From: Tagaea sp.
GTDB lineage: Bacteria > Pseudomonadota > Alphaproteobacteria > CACIAM-22H2
DNA: 64,000 nucleotides
Direction: 5' to 3'
Assembly: GCA_965279525.1 (NCBI GenBank)
Contig: CBDIIB010000003.1
Coordinates: forward strand, 128,001-192,000
How positions within the stretch are numbered: position 1 is the stretch's first letter; each line of letters begins with the position of its first letter. Positions 28,770 through 38,386 of the stretch are shown piece after piece. Both the position numbers and the translations under genes were made by a program. The notes beneath the pieces are model-generated. The model saw nothing but the letters and a program-made list of their open reading frames with translations. It ran no database searches and had not been told where the DNA came from.

Positions 28770-29861
28770 ATGACTTCCATCGACATTCGATTTCTTAAAC
28801 TGCAACTTCTGCTGGGTTCCGCCCTGTTGATTTCGACGCCGGCGTTCGCTCAACAGACGGGCAGAGCTGAACCGCTGGTCATCCAGAATCAGGGCAGCTT
28901 CGCGGTCGGCGGATCACTGACGACCGCGCCCGGCACGTTCGATCCTCTCAAGCCGCTTCAGCCGGCCGGGCAGACGTTTCGCGGCGACCATCTGTACGCG
29001 TTCTACCAGGTGCCGATGAACGCCCGCGGCCTGCCCGTCGTGATGTGGCACGGAGCCGGGCAGTTCTCCAAGACCTGGGAGACGACGGCCGACGGGCGCG
29101 AGGGCTTCCAGAACATCTTTCTGCGCCGACGCTTCACGACCTATCTCATCGACCAGCCGCGGCGGGGAAATGCTGGCCGCAGCACGCTCGAAGCGACGAT
29201 TAGGCCGACACCCGACGAACAGTTCTGGTTCGGCCAGTTCCGCGTTGGCATCTGGCCGAACTATTTCGACGGCGTCCAGTTCGACCGCAAGCCGGAGACG
29301 CTCGACCAGTATTTCCGTGCGATGACCCCCAACACCGGTCCCTATGACGCAATCCTGATCTCGGACGGCGTTGCCGCACTGTTCGCCAAAATCGGCCCCG
29401 GCATCCTGATGACCCACTCGCAGAGCGGCGGCCCGGGATGGCTCGCCGCGATGAAGTCGCCGAACGTCAAGGCGATCGTAGCATTCGAGCCCGGTAGCGG
29501 CTTCGTCTTCCCGCAAGGCGAACTGCCGAGTCCGGTGCCGACCGCTTTCGACACGCTCGAAGGCGTGCCGGTTCCGATGTCGGACTTTCTGGCCCTGACG
29601 AAGCTGCCGATCGTCATCTTCTACGGCGACAACATCCCGGCGACGCCGACGCAAGTACCGACGCAGGATGCCTGGCGCGGCCGGCTGGAGATGGCGCGAC
29701 TCTGGCGGGACACCGTCAACCGACACGGGGGTCAGGTGAGCGTGGTTCATCTGCCGGAGATCGGCATCCGCGGCAACACGCATTTCCCGTTCTCGGACCT
29801 GAACAACGTCGAGATAGCCGACCAGGTCTCGAAGTTCCTCGCCGAGAAGAAGCTGGATTGA
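28770..29861 (+). CDS. Exported alpha/beta fold hydrolase
   Basis: Signal peptide ending AFA-QQ, DQPRRG, nucleophile THSQSG, GNTHFPF. Confidence 0.88.
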   Translation: MTSIDIRFLKLQLLLGSALLISTPAFAQQTGRAEPLVIQNQGSFAVGGSLTTAPGTFDPLKPLQPAGQTFRGDHLYAFYQVPMNARGLPVVMWHGAGQFSKTWETTADGREGFQNIFLRRRFTTYLIDQPRRGNAGRSTLEATIRPTPDEQFWFGQFRVGIWPNYFDGVQFDRKPETLDQYFRAMTPNTGPYDAILISDGVAALFAKIGPGILMTHSQSGGPGWLAAMKSPNVKAIVAFEPGSGFVFPQGELPSPVPTAFDTLEGVPVPMSDFLALTKLPIVIFYGDNIPATPTQVPTQDAWRGRLEMARLWRDTVNRHGGQVSVVHLPEIGIRGNTHFPFSDLNNVEIADQVSKFLAEKKLD

Positions 29862-29933
29862 CTTGGCGTATCGCGTCCGACGGGAATCCGGATTTTGCCA
29901 ATTACCAATCCCCGATCAATGAGGAGACTTGAG

Positions 29934-30362
29934 TTGAAGAAGGTCACCAGGAATTTGCTCGTCGCGGCCAGTCTGCTTCTAACTGGAGGAGTACCGACTT
30001 TGGCCCATGCCCAGAGCCAGACACCCTCTGCGTCGGGTGCAGCACCGGCCCAACCGCAGTCGCGCGCCCAACAACTGATGGGTGACATTGCGCCCAAGCT
30101 CGCCGAGCTTACCGATGATGTACTGTTCGGCGATGTCTGGGAACGGCCGGGTCTCGCCAAGCGCGACCGAAGCCTGATTACGGTCGCAGCACTCATCGCA
30201 CTCAACCGTCCGGACCAGCTTCGTTCCCACATTGCGCGCGCACGGAGCAATGGCGTGACCGAGCCGGAAATCGTGGAAGCGATCACCCAGCTTGCCTTCT
30301 ACGCGGGCTGGCCCAACGCGATCACCGCGGTCGGCGTCGCCCGCGAGGTTTTCAAGAATTGA
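29934..30362 (+). CDS. Carboxymuconolactone decarboxylase (CMD/AhpD-like) family protein with signal peptide
   Basis: LFGDVWERPGLAKRDRSLITVAAL, LAFYAGWP; TTG start after GAGGAG. Confidence 0.9.
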   Translation: MKKVTRNLLVAASLLLTGGVPTLAHAQSQTPSASGAAPAQPQSRAQQLMGDIAPKLAELTDDVLFGDVWERPGLAKRDRSLITVAALIALNRPDQLRSHIARARSNGVTEPEIVEAITQLAFYAGWPNAITAVGVAREVFKN

Positions 30363-30408
30363 CGGGACAACCGTGATTGCCCGGAAATCGGCAAATTGAA
30401 AGAGTGAG

Positions 30409-30879
30409 ATGAAATCCAATGTCGCAGTAACCGCTTTTGCCGCTCTCTGTGCCTCAGCGGTGTTAGCCCAATCCGATCCCATGATCGCTGTCACGCGTGC
30501 GGGATCGCAACCGTCCACTGTCGGCCCTACCGAGAACTTCACCGGATCGGTGCGCGTCGACTCCCGCTTTCAGGGAACCGCACCTGCCCGCATCGGCGGT
30601 GCGACCGTCACCTTCGAGCCCGGCGCCCGTACGGCTTGGCATAGCCATCCGCTCGGCCAAACGCTGATCGTCACGACGGGCGTCGGGCTTGTTCAGGGAT
30701 GGGGCGGCCCCATCCAGGAGATTAGGCCGGGCGATATTGTGTGGATCCCGCCGGGCGTGAAGCACTGGCACGGTGCCGGTGCTAGCAACGGCATGTCCCA
30801 TATCGCCTTCTCGGAATCGCTCGACGGCCGGACGGTCGAGTGGATGGAGAAGGTCACGGACGAACAGTATCGACGATAG
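30409..30879 (+). CDS. Cupin domain protein with signal peptide
   Basis: [35 protein letters not shown]. Confidence 0.92.
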   Translation: MKSNVAVTAFAALCASAVLAQSDPMIAVTRAGSQPSTVGPTENFTGSVRVDSRFQGTAPARIGGATVTFEPGARTAWHSHPLGQTLIVTTGVGLVQGWGGPIQEIRPGDIVWIPPGVKHWHGAGASNGMSHIAFSESLDGRTVEWMEKVTDEQYRR

Positions 30880-30916
30880 CGAGTACCAGTTCCGCGAAAT
30901 CCGAGTGAGGGAATTC

Positions 30917-31399
30917 ATGTTGAAGTTTTCAAAGTCGATCGCCTTGGCCAGCTTCGTCGCATGCGCTTTGCTCGTCGTGGGGTGGCAAGCGCATGCCGAG
31001 AGCAATCGGGTTACATTTCCGGAGATCGACAAGCTCGAGCACTACACCACTGTCCGGCGTGGTAACGTGACGGAGCACATCATGACGACACCGGCGGCGA
31101 TCGAGGCGGTGAAGAACCGCCAGCCGGTGCCGGCGGGTACGCATTTCGTGCTCGTCGACTATCGCGAAGGCAAGGTGTTCCGCTACTTCGTCATGGAGAA
31201 AGGCGCGAACTGGGGTGCCGATTACGACGAGCGCCGTCGCACCGGCGATTGGCAGTTCCAGTGGTTCTGGCCCGACCGGAGCATCAACACCAGCGAGAAC
31301 ACGGCCCGCTGCCAGTCCTGTCACCAGAGCCAGGCAGCGAGCGAATACCTGTACACCGGCTATCGCATTCCGCGCTTCGACGGAAAGCCCGTCGAGTAG
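30917..31399 (+). CDS. Cytochrome P460/c'-beta family c-type cytochrome
   Basis: Signal peptide, P.GT strand, VMEK, GDWQF, C-terminal CQSCH heme motif. Confidence 0.82.
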   Translation: MLKFSKSIALASFVACALLVVGWQAHAESNRVTFPEIDKLEHYTTVRRGNVTEHIMTTPAAIEAVKNRQPVPAGTHFVLVDYREGKVFRYFVMEKGANWGADYDERRRTGDWQFQWFWPDRSINTSENTARCQSCHQSQAASEYLYTGYRIPRFDGKPVE

Positions 31400-31417
31400 G
31401 CGAGGGAGGATGCTGTC

Positions 31418-32125
31418 ATGAACCGGTTTTTCCTCTCCCGACTTTGGCTCGATGCTCTTGCGGCCGGCCTGCTGCTTGTCGGGTTCGCCTACTGGTGGCT
31501 GGGCAATCTGGTCCATGAGGTGGCGGGAACGGCGATGTTCGTGCTCCTCATCGCGCACAACTTCTTCAACCGGCGTTGGTACGGGGGGATCCCGGCAACG
31601 CGGCGCGAGCCCCGGAGCGTGTTCAATCTCGGCGTCACTTTCGTGCTGCTTGCCGCCATGCTGGCGCTGCTGGTCACGAGCGTGCTGATCTCGAACGTGC
31701 TGTCGACCTTTCTGCCGGCCTGGGGCGGCTTTACCGTGCGGCAGATCCATACCCTCGCCGCATACTGGGTGCTGGTGGTCGTGGCGGTCCATCTCGGCCT
31801 GCGCTGGCCGATGCTGATGGGCGTGGCGCGAAACCTGTTCGGAATCCGGAAGCCGAGCGCGTTGCGAACGTTCGTTCTACGCGCGATTGCGTTCGGGATT
31901 GCACTTCAGGGCATCTGGAGCGGGACCGTGCTCGGCCTCGGCGGGAAGCTCACCATGCGGATGACGTTGGACTGGTGGAACTTCGAGGAATCGGTCGCGG
32001 GGTTCTTCGTCCATTGCGCGGCATTCGCCGGACTCGTCATTGTCGTCACATATACCGGCTTGAAGCTGATCGAGTCCGGCAACCGGTGGAGAATGCGCAA
32101 TTTAGGCAGGAGGGAGGTACGATGA
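31418..32125 (+). CDS. DUF4405-like membrane protein (putative b-heme binding)
   Basis: Polytopic, with His in HEVAG, AHNFFN, QIHTLAAYW, VHLGL. Confidence 0.8.
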   Translation: MNRFFLSRLWLDALAAGLLLVGFAYWWLGNLVHEVAGTAMFVLLIAHNFFNRRWYGGIPATRREPRSVFNLGVTFVLLAAMLALLVTSVLISNVLSTFLPAWGGFTVRQIHTLAAYWVLVVVAVHLGLRWPMLMGVARNLFGIRKPSALRTFVLRAIAFGIALQGIWSGTVLGLGGKLTMRMTLDWWNFEESVAGFFVHCAAFAGLVIVVTYTGLKLIESGNRWRMRNLGRREVR

Positions 32126-33111
32126 GTGACGCTTCTCGTCGGGAGTGCCTTCTCCTGCCGCTGCTAATGGTGCTGCCCGGAATCGCCATGGCCCAGCAGT
32201 CCGGCGGCAACGAAAAGCGATACGCCCGTCTCGGTGCCGACAGCACGATAGCCGAACTGCTCGCGCATCCCGCGTTCGAGGGGTTCGCCCTTCGCCTTCT
32301 GCCGTGGGACGACCGGGATTATGACCTGCGGACGAAGCTCGGCGCTCTCGGAAGCCTGCTTCCGTACCACAGCCATGTCGATACGGTCGCCACGGTCGGC
32401 GCTCTCAACCGCATGATCGACGATGCGAGCCAGGGTCGGCGGATATTCTTCGACATCTATTCGGATGCGGAGAAGCGCGAGGACCCTACCAAGTCCCATG
32501 CCGGCCTTTTCTTTTCGCGTGGAAAGCCCAATGCGCCCTTCGCAGTCATCGCGCCTGGTGGCGGCTTCGCCTATGTCGGCTCGGTACACGAGGGTTTCCC
32601 CTATGCCACAGAGATTTGCCGGGCGGGACTGAACGCCTTCGTGCTGAAATACCGGGCGGGCAAAGGCAGTGCCGTGGCGACCCAGGACCTCGCTGCCGCA
32701 ATTGGCTTCATCTTCCAGAACGCGGCCGCTCTTGGTGTCGAAACGCGCGGCTATTCGCTGTGGGGCAGTTCGGCCGGCGCCCGCATGGCGGCGTCCATCG
32801 GCAGCCACGGCGTGGCTCGGTTCGGCGGGCCCGAGCTTCCCAAGCCTTCAGCCGTGGTGATGGCCTACACCGCGCATGCCGAACGCTCTGTCGCAGAGCC
32901 GCCGACCTTCGCCGTCGTCGGCGAACGGGATGGCATTTCTCCGCCATCCGCGATGGAACAACGCGTTGCTGCCCTTCGTCGTGCCGGGATCGAGGTCGAA
33001 TATCGCGTCTATCCTGGTGTCGGCCACGGCTTCGGGCCCGGCATCGGAACGAGTGCCGAAGGCTGGATCGGCGATGCGATCCGCTTCTGGGAGCGGCATC
33101 AGCCCCGGTAG
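32122..33111 (+). CDS. Exported alpha/beta hydrolase (esterase/dienelactone hydrolase-like)
   Basis: ATG 32122 after GGAGG; SRRECL Tat-like leader; PGGGF, GSSAG, GERD, GHGF triad motifs. Confidence 0.87.
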   Translation: MSDASRRECLLLPLLMVLPGIAMAQQSGGNEKRYARLGADSTIAELLAHPAFEGFALRLLPWDDRDYDLRTKLGALGSLLPYHSHVDTVATVGALNRMIDDASQGRRIFFDIYSDAEKREDPTKSHAGLFFSRGKPNAPFAVIAPGGGFAYVGSVHEGFPYATEICRAGLNAFVLKYRAGKGSAVATQDLAAAIGFIFQNAAALGVETRGYSLWGSSAGARMAASIGSHGVARFGGPELPKPSAVVMAYTAHAERSVAEPPTFAVVGERDGISPPSAMEQRVAALRRAGIEVEYRVYPGVGHGFGPGIGTSAEGWIGDAIRFWERHQPR

Positions 33112-33992
33112 CGCAGCGCGTCGATCACGACGGAAAGCGCCGGTGATGAATGTCGTCGACTTGGGTAGTAGAGGTGATAGCCCGGAAACGGTGCACACCA
33201 GTCTTCGAGAACCCGCACGAGCCGTCCAGCGCGGATATGCGGGAGAGCATGGTCTTCCGGCATGTAGGCGAGGCCGAGCCCATCCAGCGCCGAAGCCAGT
33301 CGCATGGCGAGACTGTTGAACACCAATTGCCCGTCGGAGCGTACCTTGATCGCCTGACTGTCCTTCTCGAGACCCCACGCGAATATTTCGCCATGTGTGG
33401 GCATCCGGGACGAGATGGAGTTGTGGGCGGTCAGATCCTGCGGCGTTCGTGGCGTTCCGTACCGCTTGAAATATCGAGGCGACCCGACGATGGCCATGCG
33501 CATGTCGGGACCTATCCGGACCGCGATCATGTCCTTGGCGACCCGTTCGCCCATCCGGACGCCGGCGTCAAAGCCCGCCGCAACGATGTCGACGAGACCG
33601 TAATCGACGATGATCTCGACCTTGATATCCGGATGATCCGGCAGGAACCGGCGGAGGGCTGGCTGCAGGACCGAGATCGCCGGATGCTCGCCGGCCGTGA
33701 TGCGTATCGTGCCCGCCGCCTTGCCGCGTAGTTCGCCGAGGGCCGAGATCTCTGCGACGATCTCGTCGAAGCGCGGCCCGACCGTTTCGAGCAGTCTGAT
33801 GCCGGCCTCCGTCGGCGCGACGCTGCGCGTCGTACGCGTCAGCAGCCGCAGCTTGAGGCGTTCTTCGAGCCCTTTGATGGTCTGGCTAAGCGCCGACTGC
33901 GAAACCCCCAGCTTGGCGCCGGCTTTGGTGAAGCTGCGCTCCTTCGCCACCATGGCGAACGCAGCGAGATCGTTGAAGTTGGGCTGAACCAT
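33099..33992 (-). CDS. LysR family transcriptional regulator
   Basis: SFTKAGAKLGVSQSALSQTI, LTRTTRSVAPTEAG, YHLYYPSRR. Confidence 0.95.
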   Translation of the reverse strand: MVQPNFNDLAAFAMVAKERSFTKAGAKLGVSQSALSQTIKGLEERLKLRLLTRTTRSVAPTEAGIRLLETVGPRFDEIVAEISALGELRGKAAGTIRITAGEHPAISVLQPALRRFLPDHPDIKVEIIVDYGLVDIVAAGFDAGVRMGERVAKDMIAVRIGPDMRMAIVGSPRYFKRYGTPRTPQDLTAHNSISSRMPTHGEIFAWGLEKDSQAIKVRSDGQLVFNSLAMRLASALDGLGLAYMPEDHALPHIRAGRLVRVLEDWCAPFPGYHLYYPSRRHSSPALSVVIDALRYRG

Positions 33993-33994
33993 TG

Positions 33995-34036
33995 ATTAGA
34001 GAACCTTATTAGAATGATCGGATTATAGCGTCCAAT
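33995..34036 (+). promoter_or_regulatory. LysR binding site abutting the LysR start codon
   Basis: ATTAG-N5-CTTAT (T-N11-A), then GAT-N8-CCAAT. Confidence 0.55.
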
Positions 34037-34077
34037 CACGTGTGTGACCACGTTCCAATAAGGTCTGTCTCAGTATC

Positions 34078-34152
34078 ACGCGTCGGCGGGGTGTTGGCAA
34101 AACACTGTTGCTGGCCGATTTCAATGAGAAGTCGCTTCGGGCTGCGGGAGAG
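34078..34152 (+). pseudogene. Short relic of an SDR oxidoreductase gene
   Basis: Reads TRRRGVGKTLLLADFNEKSLRAAGE, resembling the alphaB-betaB part of an SDR Rossmann fold; no start or continuation. Confidence 0.45.
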
Positions 34153-34238
34153 CCGTTCCCGCCCGAACCTCGTCAAGCTGCGCTGGCTATCCAACAACGG
34201 CTCCTATTCGGTGGCGATCCGCTTAGACGGGTCTCCCG

Positions 34239-34643
34239 TCAGGCAGGGCCATCCAACTTCCACATCAGTTCGCGTTGTTCGCCGTCGGACCGCCGTGGTG
34301 GGATCAATACGAGGTGGTCATTGCGGAATTCTACTTTCCGGATCTGCTCGCCGCCGATCCGCTCCGTCACAGCGGCTGCATCGACGCGAGTTATCAGCCT
34401 GTCGCCTTCTATCCGGAAGTTCCCGCAATACGACGCGTAAGCACGTTTCTCCCCTCCCGGAATGGAGGGTCGGCCATCGCAGATGACGGCCATCATTCGG
34501 CCGGCTTCGCTGAGAATAAGCCGTCCCATTGGGATCGGGCCATACGGAGGGCGCACACTCCGCCCGTCTGCGTCGACGGCTGTCGCCGAGATCAGGCGCC
34601 ATGTGCCTTGAACTTGCTCAGGGCTTATCGTTTCGGCTGCCAT
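34239..34643 (-). CDS. Lipocalin-like domain protein
   Basis: GTWRLIS, PYGPIPMGRL, YASYCG; AAGGAG RBS upstream. Confidence 0.82.
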   Translation of the reverse strand: MAAETISPEQVQGTWRLISATAVDADGRSVRPPYGPIPMGRLILSEAGRMMAVICDGRPSIPGGEKRAYASYCGNFRIEGDRLITRVDAAAVTERIGGEQIRKVEFRNDHLVLIPPRRSDGEQRELMWKLDGPA

Positions 34644-34678
34644 TCCTCTGCTCCTTCGCCATCATCTCTGATTTTCCT

Positions 34679-34695
34679 ATTTGGACCGACCTTTT
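34679..34695. promoter_or_regulatory. Candidate FadR-type operator, module C
   Basis: ATTTGGACCGACCTTTT, resembling TGGTCNGACCA. Confidence 0.55.
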
Positions 34696-34842
34696 AAGTT
34701 AGGGACATTTGGAGCATGATGGCAAACACCACATAATATCAGCAAGATAAAAGGGTTGAAGGGACGGACGCATGTTGCGGGGCCGTGGAGCGAGTGATAA
34801 ATCTGTCAAAGATCGTACTTTTACGGGCAGCAGTGGGCGAAG

Positions 34843-35598
34843 ATGCGCAAGAGCCAAAAGATCGATTTGAACAATGTTGCGGGCCCAAAGAATCTCGCGG
34901 CTGAATCGACATCTGTGTCCGTTGCGCTGGCCCGGAAGCTTCTTGACGCCATCGTCCAGGGCGGCATCGCGGTGGGAAGTTCGTTGCCGAGCGAACGAGA
35001 ACTGATGACCAAGTATCAGGTCAGTCGCGGGACGGTTCGCGAAGCCCTGAGCGTTTTGAGCGCCCAGAACCTGATACAGGTCAAACGGGGTCGAGGCGGT
35101 GGTTCCTTCATATCCAGCCCTACTTCCCATTCGGTGGTGCAGTCGCTGAACCTGTTCATCAAAGGCCAAGATATCCGCTTCCTCGATCTGGCCTTCGCCC
35201 GTGAGGCGATTGAACCCGCTGCCGCAGCGCAAGCCGCAGTGTCGCGAAGTCGGGAGAAGCTGGAAGAGTTGTGGCAGCTATGTACGGAATGCGAACGCAA
35301 GGTCGACGACGCCCAGCGTTTCGTTGAAACAAATCTCAGGTGGCATCTGGTCGTCGCGGAGGCGAGCAACAACCCGCTATTCGTTGCATTTCTCACGTCG
35401 ATCTCTACGGCACTTCATACCGCAACGAACTTCGAAGAATTCGATATCAAGATCCGCAAAGAGGTCGTCGGCGTGCACTGGCAGATCTTCGAGGCGATTC
35501 GGGTCGGTGACCCGGACGCGGCTCGCCGCCGTATGACACGTCATGTGTCGGCATATAGTCAGCAGCTTTCGTCAATCAATCTGGCAGCAAAAACGTAG
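34843..35598 (+). CDS. FadR/GntR family transcriptional regulator
   Basis: LPSERELMTKYQVSRGTVREAL, RGRGGGSF, FCD domain. Confidence 0.94.
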   Translation: MRKSQKIDLNNVAGPKNLAAESTSVSVALARKLLDAIVQGGIAVGSSLPSERELMTKYQVSRGTVREALSVLSAQNLIQVKRGRGGGSFISSPTSHSVVQSLNLFIKGQDIRFLDLAFAREAIEPAAAAQAAVSRSREKLEELWQLCTECERKVDDAQRFVETNLRWHLVVAEASNNPLFVAFLTSISTALHTATNFEEFDIKIRKEVVGVHWQIFEAIRVGDPDAARRRMTRHVSAYSQQLSSINLAAKT

Positions 35599-35693
35599 TT
35601 GCGCGTATCGCGCCTAAGATTGTTCTCTCGACCAGCTTGGAAGCGACCGCTTCGATCTTGTTTCGTGAAGCGGGGGATGTGGGCATAGCCACC

Positions 35694-36716
35694 TCAGTTG
35701 ATTTTGTAGATCCGGCGGGCCGTTTCGCTGAACAGTTTGTTCTTTTCCGCCGCTGAGTAGTTCGCTGCAATCAGCTTGAATGCATTCCAGATCGTACGGT
35801 AGCTGCCCGCAGCTCGGTCGGGCGGGAAATTGCTCTCGAACATGCACCGATCCGGGCCAAACAATTCTATGCAGGTTTCGACATAGGGCCGCCAGTCATT
35901 CGCGAGTTCCTCGGCGGTCGGCGACGTTGGGCGTTTTTCGTACGCAAAGCCGCAGCGCCGCCCGGAAAGGCCGCCGAGTTTCATGAGGATGTTGGGACGA
36001 CGCGCGGCATCAGTCACGAGCGCCTTCCACCGCGCGAAGTTGTCCGACCGGGCATAAGGTCCAATGCCAAGCAAGCCGCCGCAGTGATTCACGACGATCG
36101 TTGCCTGGGGAAAAGCATCAGCCAGGCTAGCGACTTCCGGCAATTGGGGATGATATTGCCAGGCGTCATAGACGAGCTTGCGCGCGGCCAGGCGGGCAAA
36201 GCCCGCACGAAAGCGGGTGTCCGATAGGAGACCTCGGGGGCCAAATGGCCGCGTACCAGTGTTGACCGATGGGTCGGCATCCCAGTTCGCAGTGCCGCGG
36301 ATGCCGCGCAGGCGGCTGCCGCTGGCAATGGCGAGCGCTTCCAGCACTTCATCGACGACCTCTCCCAGGGTGAGATCGGCGGCACCGACAAAGGCCGCGC
36401 ATATCCGCGTTGGCCCGAAGAGGCTGCTTTCACTCATCGCCGCCATGCCGCTGACGAATTCAGCTTCTCCAACAGGCCGCAGCGCCTCTGGGCCATGGTT
36501 GCGGTACATTGCGCTGCATTCGACATAGACGGATGCGAGCACGTTGTGGCCACTCGCGAGATCGGCCTGGAACTCCTCGATCAGATAGCGCTGATTGCGC
36601 AACACCCACAGATGATGATGGCTGTCGACGATCGGGAGATCGGGTTCGAGCACCTCAGCGTCGGCCCGGACACTGGCATTCTGCATGTGATCAGATGTCC
36701 TCGTTTTGTCTCCCAC
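35694..36716 (-). CDS. Amidohydrolase family protein (lactonase-like)
   Basis: PIVDSHHHLW, VNHCGG, RCMFESNFPPD; alternative start 36686. Confidence 0.9.
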   Translation of the reverse strand: MGDKTRTSDHMQNASVRADAEVLEPDLPIVDSHHHLWVLRNQRYLIEEFQADLASGHNVLASVYVECSAMYRNHGPEALRPVGEAEFVSGMAAMSESSLFGPTRICAAFVGAADLTLGEVVDEVLEALAIASGSRLRGIRGTANWDADPSVNTGTRPFGPRGLLSDTRFRAGFARLAARKLVYDAWQYHPQLPEVASLADAFPQATIVVNHCGGLLGIGPYARSDNFARWKALVTDAARRPNILMKLGGLSGRRCGFAYEKRPTSPTAEELANDWRPYVETCIELFGPDRCMFESNFPPDRAAGSYRTIWNAFKLIAANYSAAEKNKLFSETARRIYKIN

Positions 36717-36745
36717 CAGTCCCGATAGCTCGGAACCTCATACCG

Positions 36746-37642
36746 CTAGCGTCGCGAGGTGAACGCATCCCGCATGGCTAGAACTTTTCGTGCCTGTTGG
36801 AGATGCGGCCGGTCGAGCATCTTCCCATCTACGCCGACCGTGCCGACATCCGGATTGGAAGCGAAAGCGGCGACGACGCGCTCGGCGAAGGCGATATCGT
36901 CGGCGCTTGGGCTGAACGTCTCGTTGATGATGTCCACCTGATCCGGATGGATAGCGAAGCGGCCGGTAAATCCCTCCCGGCGCGACGCAACGCAACTTTT
37001 TTTCAGGCCCCCCGTATCCTTGTAGTCGGGATAGACTGTGTCCACGGCTTCGACGCCGCAGGCTTTTGCCGCCAGGAGCGTAAAGCTGCGGACCATGCGA
37101 TAGGTTAGAGACAGCCGTCCGTCCTCGTCTTGATTGGTAGTGGCGCCGACGGCCGAACTGAGATCCTCAGCTCCCCAAGTCAGGCCGAAGAGACGTGTTA
37201 GGGCGGCCTGATGGTAAGACCCAAGTGAGAAGGGAGAGCATGCCGTCTCGGTCGTCACAGGCAGGATGGCGATCGATCCGATCGGCAACCCCTCACGAGC
37301 TTCAAGGGCATCGAGATAGTAGCTGAGACGTCGCACGTCGCCGGGGCCATCTACCTTCGGCTGCAGTATGCCGGCAGGCTTCCCAGCGACGACCGCGGCC
37401 AGATCCTGCAGTGCCTCGGGTGTCGACAATGGATTGATGCGGACCCACTGGGCAGTGCCTTGCCTGAAGTTCCCACTCTTCAGGTGTACAGCAGTCATCT
37501 CGCGGGCAATGGCTTTCCGGGCCTGAGCGACCGAATCTTCGAGATCGAGCACCAAGCCATCGGCATTGGAGGCGCGGGATTTTTCAATCTTGCGCTCGCT
37601 GTCGCCGGGCACGAATAGCAGGGATCGGACCGGAATCGTCAT
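36746..37642 (-). CDS. CitE/HpcH-HpaI family CoA-ester lyase
   Basis: [36 protein letters not shown]; ATGA overlap with MaoC gene. Confidence 0.92.
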   Translation of the reverse strand: MTIPVRSLLFVPGDSERKIEKSRASNADGLVLDLEDSVAQARKAIAREMTAVHLKSGNFRQGTAQWVRINPLSTPEALQDLAAVVAGKPAGILQPKVDGPGDVRRLSYYLDALEAREGLPIGSIAILPVTTETACSPFSLGSYHQAALTRLFGLTWGAEDLSSAVGATTNQDEDGRLSLTYRMVRSFTLLAAKACGVEAVDTVYPDYKDTGGLKKSCVASRREGFTGRFAIHPDQVDIINETFSPSADDIAFAERVVAAFASNPDVGTVGVDGKMLDRPHLQQARKVLAMRDAFTSRR

Positions 37643-38097
37643 GTCGTAGGCTTTTTCAACATTAAGGCCGCACGCTTGCAATGGCCGACCAGCTCGTTTC
37701 GCTGGTTGTAGGCCCTATGCATGAAGGTCACCACGCCCTGTTTCGGACGGGAACGGCTCTCCCGCATCTCGAGCACTTCGGACTCGGCGCGGATCGTGTC
37801 GCCGTGAAACACGGGTTTGGGAAATCGAACCTCGTCCATGCCCAGATTGCCAACGGTCGTGCCGAGAGTCGTGTCCGAGACTGAAAGGCCGATCATCAGG
37901 CCCAGCGTGAAGCCGCTATTGACGATCGGTTGGCCGAATTCCGTATGCTCCCGGCAGTACTGCGCGTCCAAGTGTATCGCGGCGGGATTGCAGGTGGCGG
38001 TAGTGAACCAGACATTGTCGGCCTCGGTGACCGTACGCCGTACGGCGTGCTGGAACACCTGCCCGACTTTGAATTCGTCGAAGAAAAGCCCCGGCAT
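37639..38097 (-). CDS. MaoC family dehydratase
   Basis: [26 protein letters not shown]. Confidence 0.92.
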   Translation of the reverse strand: MPGLFFDEFKVGQVFQHAVRRTVTEADNVWFTTATCNPAAIHLDAQYCREHTEFGQPIVNSGFTLGLMIGLSVSDTTLGTTVGNLGMDEVRFPKPVFHGDTIRAESEVLEMRESRSRPKQGVVTFMHRAYNQRNELVGHCKRAALMLKKPTT

Positions 38098-38191
38098 TGA
38101 GTCTCTCTCCCTCGAAGGGCCGATTACTCGGCATTGTTCTTACGTGGCCGTTGTTCGGGAGCTAACACCAAATCCATGGACGCGACAAGGC

Positions 38192-38208
38192 AAATGGTCC
38201 GTCCAATA
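38192..38208. promoter_or_regulatory. Candidate FadR-type operator, module C
   Basis: AAATGGTCCGTCCAATA. Confidence 0.55.
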
Positions 38209-38266
38209 CGGCCTCCTCCCGCCTTAAGGCCGATACAGGTAATATACCGCTGAAATCTTCTGGACA

Positions 38267-38283
38267 AAAAGGCCCGACCATTT
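38267..38283. promoter_or_regulatory. Candidate FadR-type operator, module C
   Basis: AAAAGGCCCGACCATTT. Confidence 0.55.
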
Positions 38284-38386
38284 TACGAAACAGGGTACGA
38301 AGGCCATCTTGCCCTCGCTCGGGCTTGGATAAGCGTCGGGGTCAGCGGAACACACAAAAGGCCGCGGCTGTGGGGAGACTAGCGAT

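Noticed and set aside
31576-32121. N-terminal extension making a 511-aa hydrolase
   Set aside because: Overlaps the DUF4405 gene out of frame; a strong RBS and leader peptide support the start at 32122.
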